A stretch of 64,000 bases of DNA. Origin: an uncultured Gemmatimonadales bacterium. GTDB lineage: Bacteria; Gemmatimonadota; Gemmatimonadetes; Gemmatimonadales; GWC2-71-9. How positions within the stretch are numbered: the first letter of the stretch is position 1; each line of letters opens with the position of its first letter. The position numbers and the translations under genes were made by a program. Positions 20,275-31,148 of this stretch are shown here, one piece after another. The stretch covers positions 192,001-256,000 of the forward strand of contig CAWHFW010000002.1 in assembly GCA_963828735.1 (NCBI GenBank). The letters run 5' to 3'. Below the pieces are notes generated by a model. The model had not been told where the DNA came from and did no database searches. It saw only the letters and a list, made by a program, of their open reading frames with translations.

Positions 20275-21389
20275 TCAGGCCGTCAGCGTCAATAATTTCG
20301 ACACTATGTCGGCCGCGGCGTGCGGTCGGCCGCGGGCGAGCGCGCGAGACGCCATATCCGTCACGGCGCCGGCGATCGCCGAGCAGGCTCCCGACGGCGG
20401 CCGCCAGCGTGGCGGGGGTCAGTTCGGCCTGGCGGAGCAGCGCGCTGGCGCCCGCCTCCGCCAGCACCCGCGCGTTGTGGGTCTGGTGGTCGGCCGCCGC
20501 CGTCGGAAGCGGGATGAGGACACTCGGGCAAGTCCCCAGGCGCAGAGCTCCGCCACCGTGATCATCCCCGCTCGCGAGACGACGACATCGGCGACGGCAT
20601 AGCCATCCGCCATCGGGTCGAGGAAGTCGATGACCTGGACCGCCGGGAGGCCGATGGCGGGCCGCGAATTCGTCATGGGTTCCGCGACCCGGTCACCCAC
20701 AGCAGATCGGCTTCCGCGGGCCCACCCGCATCGAGCCAGCCCGGCGACCGCCCGGTTGATGGCGAGCGCACCCTGGCTGCCACCGGTCACGAGCACGACC
20801 GGCCGCGTCCCCGTGAGCCCGAACCGCGCGAGCGCCCGCGCCCGTCGCTCCGGCGTCGGGCGGGGCGATGGGATTGCCGGTGTCGAACACCTCGGTCTGG
20901 CGGCCGAAATGGAGCAGCGCACGAGCCTCGGGCAGGCCGAGGTACACGTGGCGAACCCGCCGGCTCAGCAGCCGGGTGGCGAGTCCGGGGTAGGCGTTCT
21001 GTTCCTGGACTGCGGTCGGGGACCCCGTGCCGCGTGCCCCACCAGACGACGGGCGCGGAGGCGTAGCCTCCCGTCCCGAGGACGGCGATCGGCCGCTCCT
21101 CGGCGAACACCCGGCTGACCTCGCGCAGCAGCCGGCCTGCGATGAGCGGCCAGCGCACGTTTCTCCACCAGGTTCGCCGGTAGATCGGCTCGGACGGCAG
21201 CAGGTGGAATCGGAAATCGCGAGTCGGAAGCAGGCGCGCCTCCACGCCGCGCACGGCCCCGACGAGGACGGGCTCGACGTCCGGAACACGCTCGACCAGC
21301 GTCTGCGCGATCGCGAGCGCGGGCATCAGATGGCCTCCGGTTCCGCCGCCGGCGATCAGGATGCGGCGGGATGGCCGAGCGCCGCTCAC
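20275..21389 (-). CDS. murG: MurG glycosyltransferase, multiple frameshifts as sequenced
   Basis: GGGTGGH, GTGGYAS, EQNAYPG, TGNPI, GGSQGA, SRAG and terminal AAADIVSKLLTLTA* spread over frames. Confidence 0.9.
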
Positions 21390-21429
21390 TTCACGCCCGG
21401 CTTCGCCGCCTCCGCGCGCCTCTCGGGTC

Positions 21430-22572
21430 CTATGGTCTCGGCTTGCCTCTCAGCCGCCCGATGTTGATCAGGATGCCGGTGCCCAGGAGAGAGATCACCT
21501 GGCTCGAGCGTCCGTACGACATGAAGGGCAGCGTGAGGCCCGTCGTTGGCATCAATCCGAGCGACACCGCCATGTGCATGAACGCGGTGAGGCCGATCGT
21601 CGCCGTGAGGCCGACCGCGAGATACTGGCCGAAGGGTTCCTGGGCCGTGCGCGCGATCCGGAACCCGAGCCAGCAGAACAGCGCGAACAGGAACACCACG
21701 ACGAACACGCCGGCGAATCCCCATTCCTCGCCGATCGTGCTGAACAGGAAATCGGAGTACGCGTACGGGAGATAGCCGAGCTTCTGCTGTCCCTGGCCGA
21801 AGCCGGTGCCGAACAGGCCGCCCGACCCGATGCCGACGAGCGACTGATAGATCTGGAAGCCGCCCGCGGTCGTCCCCTCGCCAGGATTGAGGAACGTGAG
21901 CACGCGGGCCAGGCGATACTGCGCGTCTCTGATCTGGTGGAAGACGAGGATCATGGCCACCCCGCTGAGCAGGATGAAGTGGCCGATCCGGGCGCCGGAG
22001 GTAAACAGGACGAGCCCGCCGAGGAGCGCCACCAGGGTGGCCATGGATAGGTTGGGCTCCAGCAGGATGAGCAGCGACACGACGCCCAGGACCAGGATGA
22101 ACGGCAGCACGCCCTTCTTGAACTCGCGTACCTGCGCGCCCTTCTTGGACGCGAGCATGGCGCACCAGATCACCACCACGAGGCGAGCGAGCTCGGAGGG
22201 CTGAAAGTTGAGCGGGCCGATGTCCACCCAGCGGCGGGCCCCGTTGAGCGACGGGGCGAGGGCGCGGGTGAACGGCAGCAGCGGGATGAGCAGCAATCCG
22301 ATCGTGATGAGCAGCAGTGGCCAGGCCCAGAGCCGCCACCGGTAGTAATCCTGGCGGGAGGCCCAGAGCAGCAGGATGCCGCCGAGGACCGCGCCGCTCA
22401 GCTGCCGGAGGGCGAAGCCGAGCCCGGCGCTCTCGCCCTTGAGGGTGACGAGACTCGCCGCGCCGTAGGTGGCGGCGACGCCGAAGGCGAGCAGGACCAG
22501 GGTGACCACGCTCAGCAGCCGCGTCTCCCATCGCAGCTCGCCCGGATGCCGGACCGCGCGCGGGCTGGTCAC
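21430..22572 (-). CDS. ftsW: SEDS peptidoglycan polymerase FtsW
   Basis: NGARRW, FQPSE, GSGGLFG, SDFLFSTIGEEWG, PTTGLTLPFMSYG; polytopic membrane protein. Confidence 0.95.
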   Translation of the reverse strand: MTSPRAVRHPGELRWETRLLSVVTLVLLAFGVAATYGAASLVTLKGESAGLGFALRQLSGAVLGGILLLWASRQDYYRWRLWAWPLLLITIGLLLIPLLPFTRALAPSLNGARRWVDIGPLNFQPSELARLVVVIWCAMLASKKGAQVREFKKGVLPFILVLGVVSLLILLEPNLSMATLVALLGGLVLFTSGARIGHFILLSGVAMILVFHQIRDAQYRLARVLTFLNPGEGTTAGGFQIYQSLVGIGSGGLFGTGFGQGQQKLGYLPYAYSDFLFSTIGEEWGFAGVFVVVFLFALFCWLGFRIARTAQEPFGQYLAVGLTATIGLTAFMHMAVSLGLMPTTGLTLPFMSYGRSSQVISLLGTGILINIGRLRGKPRP

Positions 22573-23930
22573 ATCGCCCCGACGGCGGCGCGGAAGGCCG
22601 CGCCACGCTCCTCGTAGTTCTTGAACATGTCGTAGCTCGAGCAGGCGGGCGACAGCAGCACGGCGTCTCCCGCGACCGCGAGACGCCGCGCCGTCGTGAC
22701 GACGCTCGCGAAATCGCCCGCGGGAACCACGCGCACCCGCTCACCGAGATCGCGAACCACCAGCGGGCCGGCCTCACCGTACGCTACCACCGCGCGGCAG
22801 CGGTGCTGGAGCGGCTCGGCCAGTCGGGTGTAGGGCTCGCCCTTGTGCCGGCCGCCCAGCAGGAGCACGAACGGCCGATCCACCGCCGCGATCGCGACCT
22901 CGGTGGACGTAATGTTGGTGGATTTGGAGTCGTTGATCCACAGGACGCCGTCCACCTCCCGGATCGGCTCGACCCGGTGCGGGATGGCACGGAAGCTCCG
23001 AAGTCCCGCGGCTATGCGCGCGGCGTCGCCGCCGGCGCTCGTGGCCACGAGGGCGGCCGCCAGCGCGTTGGCGACGTTGTGGTCGCCCAGCAGCGGCAGC
23101 TCCGCTCGCGGCATGAGCGCCAGGTCCCCCAGCATGAGGCGACCGCCCGTGCGGTCGTACCAGCCGTCGGCTCGACGGTCGAGCGAAAAGCGCAGGTGTC
23201 TTCCCTGCACCGGGCTCACCATCGCCTGAACCGCGGCATCGTCCGCGTTGCTGACCCAGACCGACCTCGCCTCGGCGTTCCGGAACAGCCGGGCCTTGTC
23301 GCCGTAGTACTCCTCGAGCGAGTGGTACCGGTCGAGGTGATTGGGCGCGAGGTTCGTGAGCACGCCGATCGCGGGCCGGAGGTTCGGGGAGTCGTGAAGC
23401 TGAAACGAGCTCAGCTCGAGTGCCAACCAGGTGGGCTGGTGGTCGGAGAGGGCCACGTCGCAGACCGGCCGCCCGATGTTCCCCGCGGTTTCCGTCTCGA
23501 GACCCGCCGCGCCCATCGCCTGCGCGATCAATGACGTCGTCGTCGTCTTTCCGTTGGTGCCGGTGATGCCGACGTACCGGGCGCCGCGGAGCGCCAGGAG
23601 GCCGATGTCCACCTCGGCGTGGATGGCGAGCCCCACCGCGCGGGCCGTGACGAGGGGCGGGACATCCGGCGGAACGCCAGGAGCCACTACCACGGCGGCC
23701 GCTCGCGCGATCCGGTCGAGATCGTGGCCGCCCACCTGGACGGCGGCCCCGAGATCACCGAGCTCCGCGGCCCAGGCGTCGTAGGTCGGGCCGGCGCCGG
23801 TGTCCGAGGCGTACACCGGCAGACCTTGGTGGCGCAGCAGACGAGTCGCGGCCACGCCACTCTTCCCGAGACCGACCACCGCGACTTCGCGTCCGGTCCC
23901 GCGCCAGGTTTCGAATAGCGCGATCGCCAC
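22569..23930 (-). CDS. murD: MurD ligase
   Basis: VVGLGKSG, GTNGKTTT, ELSSFQL, HLDRY, NDSKSTN, LLSPACSSYD. Confidence 0.95.
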   Translation of the reverse strand: MAIALFETWRGTGREVAVVGLGKSGVAATRLLRHQGLPVYASDTGAGPTYDAWAAELGDLGAAVQVGGHDLDRIARAAAVVVAPGVPPDVPPLVTARAVGLAIHAEVDIGLLALRGARYVGITGTNGKTTTTSLIAQAMGAAGLETETAGNIGRPVCDVALSDHQPTWLALELSSFQLHDSPNLRPAIGVLTNLAPNHLDRYHSLEEYYGDKARLFRNAEARSVWVSNADDAAVQAMVSPVQGRHLRFSLDRRADGWYDRTGGRLMLGDLALMPRAELPLLGDHNVANALAAALVATSAGGDAARIAAGLRSFRAIPHRVEPIREVDGVLWINDSKSTNITSTEVAIAAVDRPFVLLLGGRHKGEPYTRLAEPLQHRCRAVVAYGEAGPLVVRDLGERVRVVPAGDFASVVTTARRLAVAGDAVLLSPACSSYDMFKNYEERGAAFRAAVGAM

Positions 23931-23932
23931 GG

Positions 23933-25060
23933 TCAACGCACCTTCAGCGTCGAGAGCGCCACCAGGGCACAGAACAGTCCCAGGATGTAGAACCGGGTCA
24001 CGACGGTGGTCTCCGCCCATCCGAGCTTTTCGAAGTGGTGGTGCAGCGGCGCCATGCGGAAGACGCGATGGCTGTCGGCGTACTCCCTCCCCCGGGTCCG
24101 CTTGAACCACTTGTACACGCTGGTCTGGATGATCACGCTCACCGCCTCGGCCGCGAAGACGCCCCCGATGAGCAACAGCAGGAACTCTGCCTTGAGGAGA
24201 ATGGCCACCGTGCCGAGCGCGCCGCCGATGGCCAGGCTGCCGGTGTCCCCCATGAAGACCTGCGCGGGATGGGCGTTGAACCAGAGAAAGCCGATGGCCG
24301 CGCCCATCAGGGCGGCGCAGAAGACGGCGAGCTCGCCCGCGCCGGGCAAGTAAAAGAGGTTGAGGTACGAGGTGATGTCCACGCGGCCGAAGAGGTACGC
24401 GAAGGTCGCGAAGGCCGCCGCGGAAATCCCGGCGAGCCCGCTCGCGAGCCCGTCCAGGCCGTCCGTCAGGTTTACCGCGTTGCTCGACCCGGTGATGACG
24501 AGGGTCACGAAGACCACGTAGAGCAGCGGCGCGAAGTTCACCACGAGGTACTTGAAGAAGGGCAGCGTCGTGGCAGTGGCAGGGATCGTGTCGCGCGGAA
24601 CCAGCGGGAAATACACCAGGAACAGGCCGAGCAGCAGCCCGAAGCTCACCTGGCCGACCAGCTTCCACTTGGCGACGAGTCCGCGCGACTTCCCCTGCAC
24701 GATCTTGAGGTAGTCGTCGAGGAACCCGATGCACCCCATCCACAGAATGGAAAGCATCGCCACGACGACGAACCGGTTCGTGAGCGGCGCCCAGAGGAGC
24801 GTCGGCACGACCGTGGCCAGGATGATGATGAGGCCGCCCATCGTCGGCGTGCCCCGTTTGCTCTGGTGGCTCGCGGGCCCTTCGGCTCGAATGATCTGGC
24901 CCACCTTGCGCGCGCGCAGCCGCGCGATGACGGGCGGCCCCACGAGGAACGCCAGCAGAAGCGCCGTTACGGTAGCGCCCGCCGCTCGAAAACTGATGTA
25001 GTTGAAAAGGTTGAAGATGATGTACGTCTTGCCGAGCGGCGCGAGCCAGTGATAGAACAT
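23933..25060 (-). CDS. mraY: Phospho-N-acetylmuramoyl-pentapeptide transferase
   Basis: GTPTMGG, GFLDD, NAVNLTDGLDGL, FMGDTGS, MAPLHHHFE. Confidence 0.97.
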   Translation of the reverse strand: MFYHWLAPLGKTYIIFNLFNYISFRAAGATVTALLLAFLVGPPVIARLRARKVGQIIRAEGPASHQSKRGTPTMGGLIIILATVVPTLLWAPLTNRFVVVAMLSILWMGCIGFLDDYLKIVQGKSRGLVAKWKLVGQVSFGLLLGLFLVYFPLVPRDTIPATATTLPFFKYLVVNFAPLLYVVFVTLVITGSSNAVNLTDGLDGLASGLAGISAAAFATFAYLFGRVDITSYLNLFYLPGAGELAVFCAALMGAAIGFLWFNAHPAQVFMGDTGSLAIGGALGTVAILLKAEFLLLLIGGVFAAEAVSVIIQTSVYKWFKRTRGREYADSHRVFRMAPLHHHFEKLGWAETTVVTRFYILGLFCALVALSTLKVR

Positions 25061-25066
25061 CGAGCC

Positions 25067-26422
25067 TCAGCGTGGGGGGGTCGCGCGGACCGTGAGCGCC
25101 GGAAGTATACGTTCGAGGGCTACCCCGCGGGATGCCTTGAGCACGATGATCTCGGTGCCTGTGAGGCGACTCGCAATCAGAGGGCCGAGAGACACGGGGT
25201 CGCCGGACGTGAGAAGCCGGTCGCCGAGCCGCTCGGCATAGGGCGCGAGCGCCGGCACGAATTCCCCCACGGCTCCGAGCAGGTCGGGCTCGAGCTCGAC
25301 CAGCGCCTTCGCGATCGTCGCGTGGAGTGCCGGGGCATCCGGGCCGAGCTCGCGCATCGTCCCCGCGATGAAGACGAGCGGCCTGCCCTTCCGGAGCGCC
25401 TGTGCCGTCGCGATTGCCGCTCGGAAGCTTTGCGGATTGGCGTTGTAGCAGTCGTTGAGAATGGTGAGACCGCCCTGGTTCAGCAGCTCGCCCCGGCCCC
25501 CCGGCATCGCGAACCCCTCGAGCGCGCGGGCCGCCGACTCGCGCGGGAGATCGAGCGCCTCCACGACCGCCCAGACGCGGGTGGCATTGTCCGCCTGATG
25601 GAGCCCGCGCGCGGCGAGCGTGAACCGTGCGTCGCCGAAGGTGAGGATCGGCCGGGCATCGGGGCCGAGGTCGACCCGGTCCGGGGTCAGGTCCGCGCTC
25701 TCGAGGGCCGCGGTCCGGACCGCGCGCGCGAGCCGCCGCGCGCCGGCCGCGAGCGCCGGCGGCTGCGTTCCGACGACGGCGAGGGGAACGTCTCTCGTGA
25801 GGGCGAGCTTTTCCTCGATCACGCCCGCGAGCGAGCCGAAGCCCTCGAGGTGCCCTTCCACCGCGTTGGTGACGACCGTGATCGTCGGCTCGATGATGGA
25901 GCGGTACCGCGCGATCTCGCCGGGCAGGTTGGCGCCGGCCTCGACCACCAGCGCCTCAGTGTCCATCGGCGCCTCCAGGATGGTCATCGGCACGCCAACC
26001 AGATTGTTCAGGTTGGCGCGGGTGGCGTGGACCCGGTGGCGCGTGCCCAGGACCGCGGCGAGCATTTCCTTCGTGCTGGTCTTGCCGTTGGTGCCCGTGA
26101 TCGCGACGACCGGTCCCGGGAGCTCGCGCCGCCTCGCGCGCGCGAGCTGCCCGAACGCCCGGAGGGTATCCGGGACCTCGAACGCGACCAGTCCCGCAGG
26201 GACGCGAGCGCCCTGGCGCACGACCGCTCCCGTGACGCCGGCCGCCGCCGCGGCATCGAGATAGTCGTGCGCGTCGAACCGCTCGCCCGCCAGCGCGACG
26301 AAGAGGGCGCCAGGAATGAGGGCGCGGGAATCGGTCTGTACCGCCGAGAATGGCGCGTTCCCATCCGGACCCGGCGGCAGCTCGAGCGCCGCGCGGACCC
26401 GGCCAGCGGTCCATTCGCTCAC
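25067..26422 (-). CDS. murF: MurF ligase
   Basis: TDSR, GERFDAH, GTNGKTSTKE, NNLVG, DCYNANP, GTMRELG, KASRG. Confidence 0.95.
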   Translation of the reverse strand: MSEWTAGRVRAALELPPGPDGNAPFSAVQTDSRALIPGALFVALAGERFDAHDYLDAAAAAGVTGAVVRQGARVPAGLVAFEVPDTLRAFGQLARARRRELPGPVVAITGTNGKTSTKEMLAAVLGTRHRVHATRANLNNLVGVPMTILEAPMDTEALVVEAGANLPGEIARYRSIIEPTITVVTNAVEGHLEGFGSLAGVIEEKLALTRDVPLAVVGTQPPALAAGARRLARAVRTAALESADLTPDRVDLGPDARPILTFGDARFTLAARGLHQADNATRVWAVVEALDLPRESAARALEGFAMPGGRGELLNQGGLTILNDCYNANPQSFRAAIATAQALRKGRPLVFIAGTMRELGPDAPALHATIAKALVELEPDLLGAVGEFVPALAPYAERLGDRLLTSGDPVSLGPLIASRLTGTEIIVLKASRGVALERILPALTVRATPPR

Positions 26423-27880
26423 GCCGCGTCCCCCGTGGCCGCGCGAACGATCTCGCGCTCGTCGAACGGCACCTTCTCGGTGCCGAGCACCTGATAGGTC
26501 TCGTGACCCTTGCCCGCGAGGAGAATCGTGTCGCCCGGACGTCCTTCCTCCAGCGCCGCGTGGATGGCGGCGAGTCGGTCCACGATCCTCAGGTGGGGAG
26601 CGGCGCCCATGCCCTGCTCGATGTCGTCGATGATCGCGCCGGGATCTTCGGTCCGCGGATTGTCGGACGTGGCGATGGCGAGGTCCGACCCCAGCGCGGC
26701 GATGCGGCCCATGATCGGGCGCTTGCCCTTGTCCCGATCACCGCCGCAGCCGAACACGACGATGACACGGCCTCGCACGAGCGGACGCAGCGTGGCGAGC
26801 GCGCGCTCGAGGGCGTCCGGCGTGTGCGCGTAGTCGCGGAGCACCGTGCACGGCACGTCGCTGATGCGCTCCATCCTCCCCGGGACCTGCGGCGCGGCCG
26901 CGAGACGCGCGACGACCTCGTCCAGGCGCAGCTCGAGCCCGAGGGCGCACGCCGCGGCCGCCAGGGCGTTGCTCACGTTGAAGTCGCCGAGCAGCGGAAG
27001 CGAGGCCTCGATGCTGCCGAACCGCCCCTCGAGCCGGAAGCGGCTGCCGGCGGGGTCCAGCGTCACGCCGGTGGCGCGGAGGTCGGCGGCCGGGTTGACC
27101 CCGAAGGTGACACGCGGCGTCCGCGGCGGCAGTACGCACCAGGCCGGATCGTCGAGATTCACGACCTCGACGCCGCGGAGCTGCAGTAACGTGCTCAGCT
27201 TGAGCTTCGAGGCCAGATAGGCTTCCATCGTGCCGTGGTAGTCGAGATGGTCGCGCGTGAGGTTGGTGTAGACGCCCGCCGCGAAGCTCAGACCGTCGAG
27301 CCGACCCTGATCGAGGCTGTGCGACGAGGCCTCCATCGTCACGGAGGCGCATCCCCGCGACGACCAGCTCGGCGAGCGTGGCCTGGAGGTCGATGGGCCC
27401 CGGCGTGGTGAGTGTGCCCGCCGTGGACTCCACCGTGGCGCCGTGGCCATCGAACGCGCCGAGCGTACCGATGCTGCCGGCGCCGCCGTCCGCGTTCAAG
27501 AGATGGCGGATCAGCCCGGTCGTGGTCGTCTTGCCGTTGGTCCCGGTGACGCCGATGAGCGTGAGCCGCCGGCCCGGATGGTCGTACCAGGCCTGACCGA
27601 GCACGAGCGCGGCGCGGCGGCCGTCGCGAACCACGATCTCCGGCACCGGCGACTGCTGCGGCGATTCCACCACCACCGCGCATGCCCCCCGGCGGACCGC
27701 GTCGCCGATGAAGCGGTGGCCGTCGGCCTGCGACCCGCGCACCGCGACGTACAATGTCCCGGCACCAGCCGCTCGGCTGTCCATGCCCAGGGCGGCGGGC
27801 GCCGGCCCCGTGGCGGGGGCGGTGACCAGCAGGTCCGCGCGGCGAAGCTCGTCGAGCAGATCGCTCCACGTCATGCGCAT
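26419..27880 (-). CDS. murE: MurE ligase (meso-DAP-type motif), one frameshift ~27355 as sequenced
   Basis: GTNGKTTT and LTTP in one frame; MEASSH, DHLDYH, DYAHTPD, DNPR and GKGHE in another. Confidence 0.92.
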
Positions 27881-27917
27881 CGAGTCCACTCCTGGATCGT
27901 TCGCTGAAGCACGGACC

Positions 27918-29873
27918 TCACTGGGCCAGCACCACCACGGCCGTCCCGGGCCGTGCGCTGTCGCCCGCCGCGGGCACCGTCCCGACCACCCGCCCGAGCC
28001 CCCGGAGGTTCACCCGAAAACCGCGGCGGTGAAGCGCGAGCGCGGCCTCGCGGATGGATCGGCCCGCCACGTCCGGCACCGGCCGGGGCGAGCTACCGGG
28101 CTGCGGCGTCCGATACGGGAGTGTCACGACCACCGGCGGCGGCCCCGGCTCTGCTTCCTCCAGCGCCCGCGCCGGGGTGCTGTCCTGCGCCGCGAGGCGC
28201 CCACGATCGATCGCGACCCTGCGGGACGCGAGCGCCTGCTGGAGCATGGTCCGGGTGACCGGCGCGGCCGTGAGACCGCCGTAGTAGTTGCCGCGAGGAT
28301 TGTCGATCTTGACGATCACCACGAGCTGCGGATGATCCGCCGGGAAGATCGCCGCGAAGGACGCCGTGTACTGGCCGCTCACGTAGTGGCCGTCCGTGAA
28401 CCGTTTCGCCGTGCCGGTCTTGCCGAGCACCGAATAGTTGGCCAGCTGCGCGAGCTCGCCGGTTCCCCCGCGGCCCACCGCTTCCCGCAGGAACTCGCGC
28501 AGCTGCGCGGCCACCGCCGAGGTGACGACCCGCCGGACCGGTTCGGGGCGGTGCCGGTAGATGACGTTGCCGCCGGGATCGCGAACCTCGCGCACGAGCG
28601 TCGGAGCGAGCAGGATGCCGTCGTTGGCGATGGCGGCATAGGCCGCCGCCAGCTGCACGGGCGTCACCCCGAGCTCGTATCCCATCGCCAGGCTCGCGCG
28701 CGTGTAGTTCGCCACCCACCGGTCGGGCAGGGCCAGGAGACCGCGCGACTCGGCCGGGAACTCGGCACCGCTCGGGGTCCCGAAGCCGAAGTCGCGGAGC
28801 GTCTCGAATTGCTCCTCGGGCCGGAGCCGCAGCGCGAACTTGGCCATGGCGATGTTGCTCGACACCTGAATCGCGCTCGCGAGCGTGAGCATCCCGGCGT
28901 GCGGATGCGCGTCATTGATCGCACGCGTCTTCCCCGTGGATGTCGTCGGCATCAGCCATCGACCGTTCTCGCCCGAGACGGCATCCGCGGGCTTCACCCG
29001 GTCGCGCATGAGCAAGGCCGCCGCCGTGAAGAGCTTGGCCGTAGATCCCGGCTCGAACGGGTCGGTGAAGGTCGAGGCGCTAGGCGCGCCGCCTGCCGCG
29101 GCCTGTCTGGACGCCAGCGCGAGGAGCTCGCCCGAATTGGGATCGAGAAAGACCACATCGCCGCCTTGGGCCCTCATCTGCGCGATCGCGTCGTCGAGGC
29201 CCCGCTCCGCGATCTCCTGCAGCTCCGCGTCGAGCGTCAGGGCCACGTCGTTCCCGGCCACCGGGTCACGGGTCTTCCGGTTGGGCGAGTCGTAACGGTG
29301 CCCCGCGCGGTCCTTGAGCAGGACGGCCTCGCCCGGGCGGCCGGTGAGCAGCGAGTCGAGCGCCGACTCGAGGCCGGCGACGCCGACGGGGCGGTCGGGC
29401 GAGAGCGAGCCGATGATCGGCCGCGCGAGGTCGCGCGAGGGGTAGAACCGCTGGAACTCTCCCGTGAGATGGATGCCATGCACCGCCCGGAGCGGCTGCA
29501 CCTGCGTCGCGTTGAATGGACCATGCAGGTAGATCCACCGCTTCCGCGCCTGAAACTCCCGATCGAGCGCCGGCGCCGAGACACCGAGGTTCCGCACCAT
29601 GAGGATGAAGGCCGAGCGGACGTCGTCGAGCTCGTTCGGCGCGACGCCGACGTGGTAGAACTCCTGCGTGATCGCGAGCGGGATGCCGTTCCGGTCATAG
29701 ATCGCGCCCCGGCGGGCGGGCAGCACGACCTTCTCGGTGCGCTGGCGGGCGGCCTCCCGCTCCCACCGTTCCGCCTCGACGATCTGCAGCTGCGCCGCGC
29801 GCGTCAGAACCGCGAGGATGCCGATCGCGAAGCCGAACTGGATCGCGCCGATGCGCGCCGAAGGCTTGGCCAT
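27918..29873 (-). CDS. ftsI: Class B penicillin-binding protein FtsI with C-terminal PASTA domain
   Basis: ARRGAIYDRNG, EPGSTAK (SxxK), SSN, KTG, VPDVAGRS. Confidence 0.92.
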   Translation of the reverse strand: MAKPSARIGAIQFGFAIGILAVLTRAAQLQIVEAERWEREAARQRTEKVVLPARRGAIYDRNGIPLAITQEFYHVGVAPNELDDVRSAFILMVRNLGVSAPALDREFQARKRWIYLHGPFNATQVQPLRAVHGIHLTGEFQRFYPSRDLARPIIGSLSPDRPVGVAGLESALDSLLTGRPGEAVLLKDRAGHRYDSPNRKTRDPVAGNDVALTLDAELQEIAERGLDDAIAQMRAQGGDVVFLDPNSGELLALASRQAAAGGAPSASTFTDPFEPGSTAKLFTAAALLMRDRVKPADAVSGENGRWLMPTTSTGKTRAINDAHPHAGMLTLASAIQVSSNIAMAKFALRLRPEEQFETLRDFGFGTPSGAEFPAESRGLLALPDRWVANYTRASLAMGYELGVTPVQLAAAYAAIANDGILLAPTLVREVRDPGGNVIYRHRPEPVRRVVTSAVAAQLREFLREAVGRGGTGELAQLANYSVLGKTGTAKRFTDGHYVSGQYTASFAAIFPADHPQLVVIVKIDNPRGNYYGGLTAAPVTRTMLQQALASRRVAIDRGRLAAQDSTPARALEEAEPGPPPVVVTLPYRTPQPGSSPRPVPDVAGRSIREAALALHRRGFRVNLRGLGRVVGTVPAAGDSARPGTAVVVLAQ

Positions 29874-30169
29874 CAGCGCGCCGGCGGACCCGCGGAGGGA
29901 ACGGCGAAGAGCACGAACTCCGAGTCCGCCGGCTCGTGAAGTCCGAGGGCGCGCTCTACGATCGGCACGAGGACCTGCCGGCTCGAGGCGAGCCGGATCC
30001 GTCGCTCGAGGTCTCCTCGGCGCGCCTCGAGCGCCATGCGCTCCTCGCGCAGCTCGCGCAACCGCCGTGCCGTGCGGAAGCCCTCCGTCTGTCGCGTGGT
30101 GATCGCCACCAGCACGCACAGAAAGAAGAACAGCCACAGCATGAGCCAGTGCCGTCCCTTAAGACGCAT
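29873..30169 (-). CDS. ftsL: FtsL-like division protein
   Basis: Small TM plus coiled-coil protein between rsmH and ftsI. Confidence 0.7.
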   Translation of the reverse strand: MRLKGRHWLMLWLFFFLCVLVAITTRQTEGFRTARRLRELREERMALEARRGDLERRIRLASSRQVLVPIVERALGLHEPADSEFVLFAVPSAGPPAR

Positions 30170-31079
30170 CAGCCGCCTGGAAGATCCTGAGGTGCGCGCT
30201 GCGCGCGCGCGGATTGGCCATCACCTCGTCCGCGTTCGGGACGATCGGTTTTCTCGGCAAGAGCCGCCCGAGGGCACGCCCGCGGCAGGTACACACCGGC
30301 TGGCCGGGCGGACAGATGCACGCGCTCGTCCACTCGCGGAACGTGTGCTTGACCGCGCGGTCCTCACCGGAATGATAGGTGATGACGGCAAGGCGACCGC
30401 CCGGCTCGAGCGCGTCGCGGAACGCCGGAAGCACGCTGTCGAGGCCGACGAGCTCGTCGTTGACCGCGATCCGCACGGCCTGGAACAGTCGCGCGAAGTC
30501 GGGCGGCCCGGCCCTGGGGCCGAGCACGGCGCGTATCGCGTTTACGAGATCGTCACTGATCGCAAACGGCTGCCGCCCGCGGCGGCGCACGATCTCCCGG
30601 GCGAGGCGCCGCGCCTGGCGCTCGTCGCCGTACTCGTGAAAGATCCGGGCGAGCTCGGCTTCCTCGGCCTCGTTGAGCAGCGCGGCAGCCGACGCGTCGT
30701 CCTCGCCCATACGCATGTCGAGCGGAGCACCCGGACGGAAAGTAAATCCGCGTGCAGCCTCATCCAATTGGCGCGACGACACGCCCAGGTCCAGCAGGAT
30801 GAAGTCCGGATGGAAGGCGGCAACCGCGTCCACGGCCTCGGCCGAGGCGTATGGGGCCTGAAGGTACCGGATGCCCGCCTCGCCCAGACGCCGGCGGCTC
30901 GTCGCGATCGCGGCCGGGTCGCGGTCGATGCCCAGGATCTCGGCGCCGGCCCGCCGCAACGCCTCGGCGTGACCTCCGTCGCCCAGTGTGGCATCCACCG
31001 CGCGGCGCGCGCCGGCGGCGGCCGCCAGCACCGGAGCGAGCAGGACGGGAACGTGAACTGGGACGCCGGGATCGGTCAT
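30159..31079 (-). CDS. rsmH: 16S rRNA m4C1402 methyltransferase
   Basis: HVPVLL, DATLGDGGH, DLGVSSRQLD, PLDMRM, FQAVRIAVNDE, NPRARSA. Confidence 0.96.
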   Translation of the reverse strand: MTDPGVPVHVPVLLAPVLAAAAGARRAVDATLGDGGHAEALRRAGAEILGIDRDPAAIATSRRRLGEAGIRYLQAPYASAEAVDAVAAFHPDFILLDLGVSSRQLDEAARGFTFRPGAPLDMRMGEDDASAAALLNEAEEAELARIFHEYGDERQARRLAREIVRRRGRQPFAISDDLVNAIRAVLGPRAGPPDFARLFQAVRIAVNDELVGLDSVLPAFRDALEPGGRLAVITYHSGEDRAVKHTFREWTSACICPPGQPVCTCRGRALGRLLPRKPIVPNADEVMANPRARSAHLRIFQAADAS

Positions 31080-31096
31080 GCGGGTGTTGGCATCGC

Positions 31097-31129
31097 AAAA
31101 GAAAACACCCCGTCCGCGAGGACGGGGTG
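31097..31129 (-). terminator. Rho-independent terminator after tRNA-Asp
   Basis: Perfect 10-bp stem CACCCCGTCC / GGACGGGGTG with a 4-nt loop, followed by TTTTCTTTT on the minus strand. Confidence 0.88.
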
Positions 31130-31148
31130 GCACGTTCGACAGAGGGAA

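Noticed and set aside
20222..20467. 81-aa ORF as an independent gene or the true murG end
   Set aside because: It is a murG fragment. The MurG-like terminus AAADIVSKLLTLTA* ends at 20275 in another frame.
17470..21030. Programmed frameshifting or phase variation in division genes
   Set aside because: Too many shifts, mostly outside slippery or repeat tracts; sequencing error is more parsimonious.
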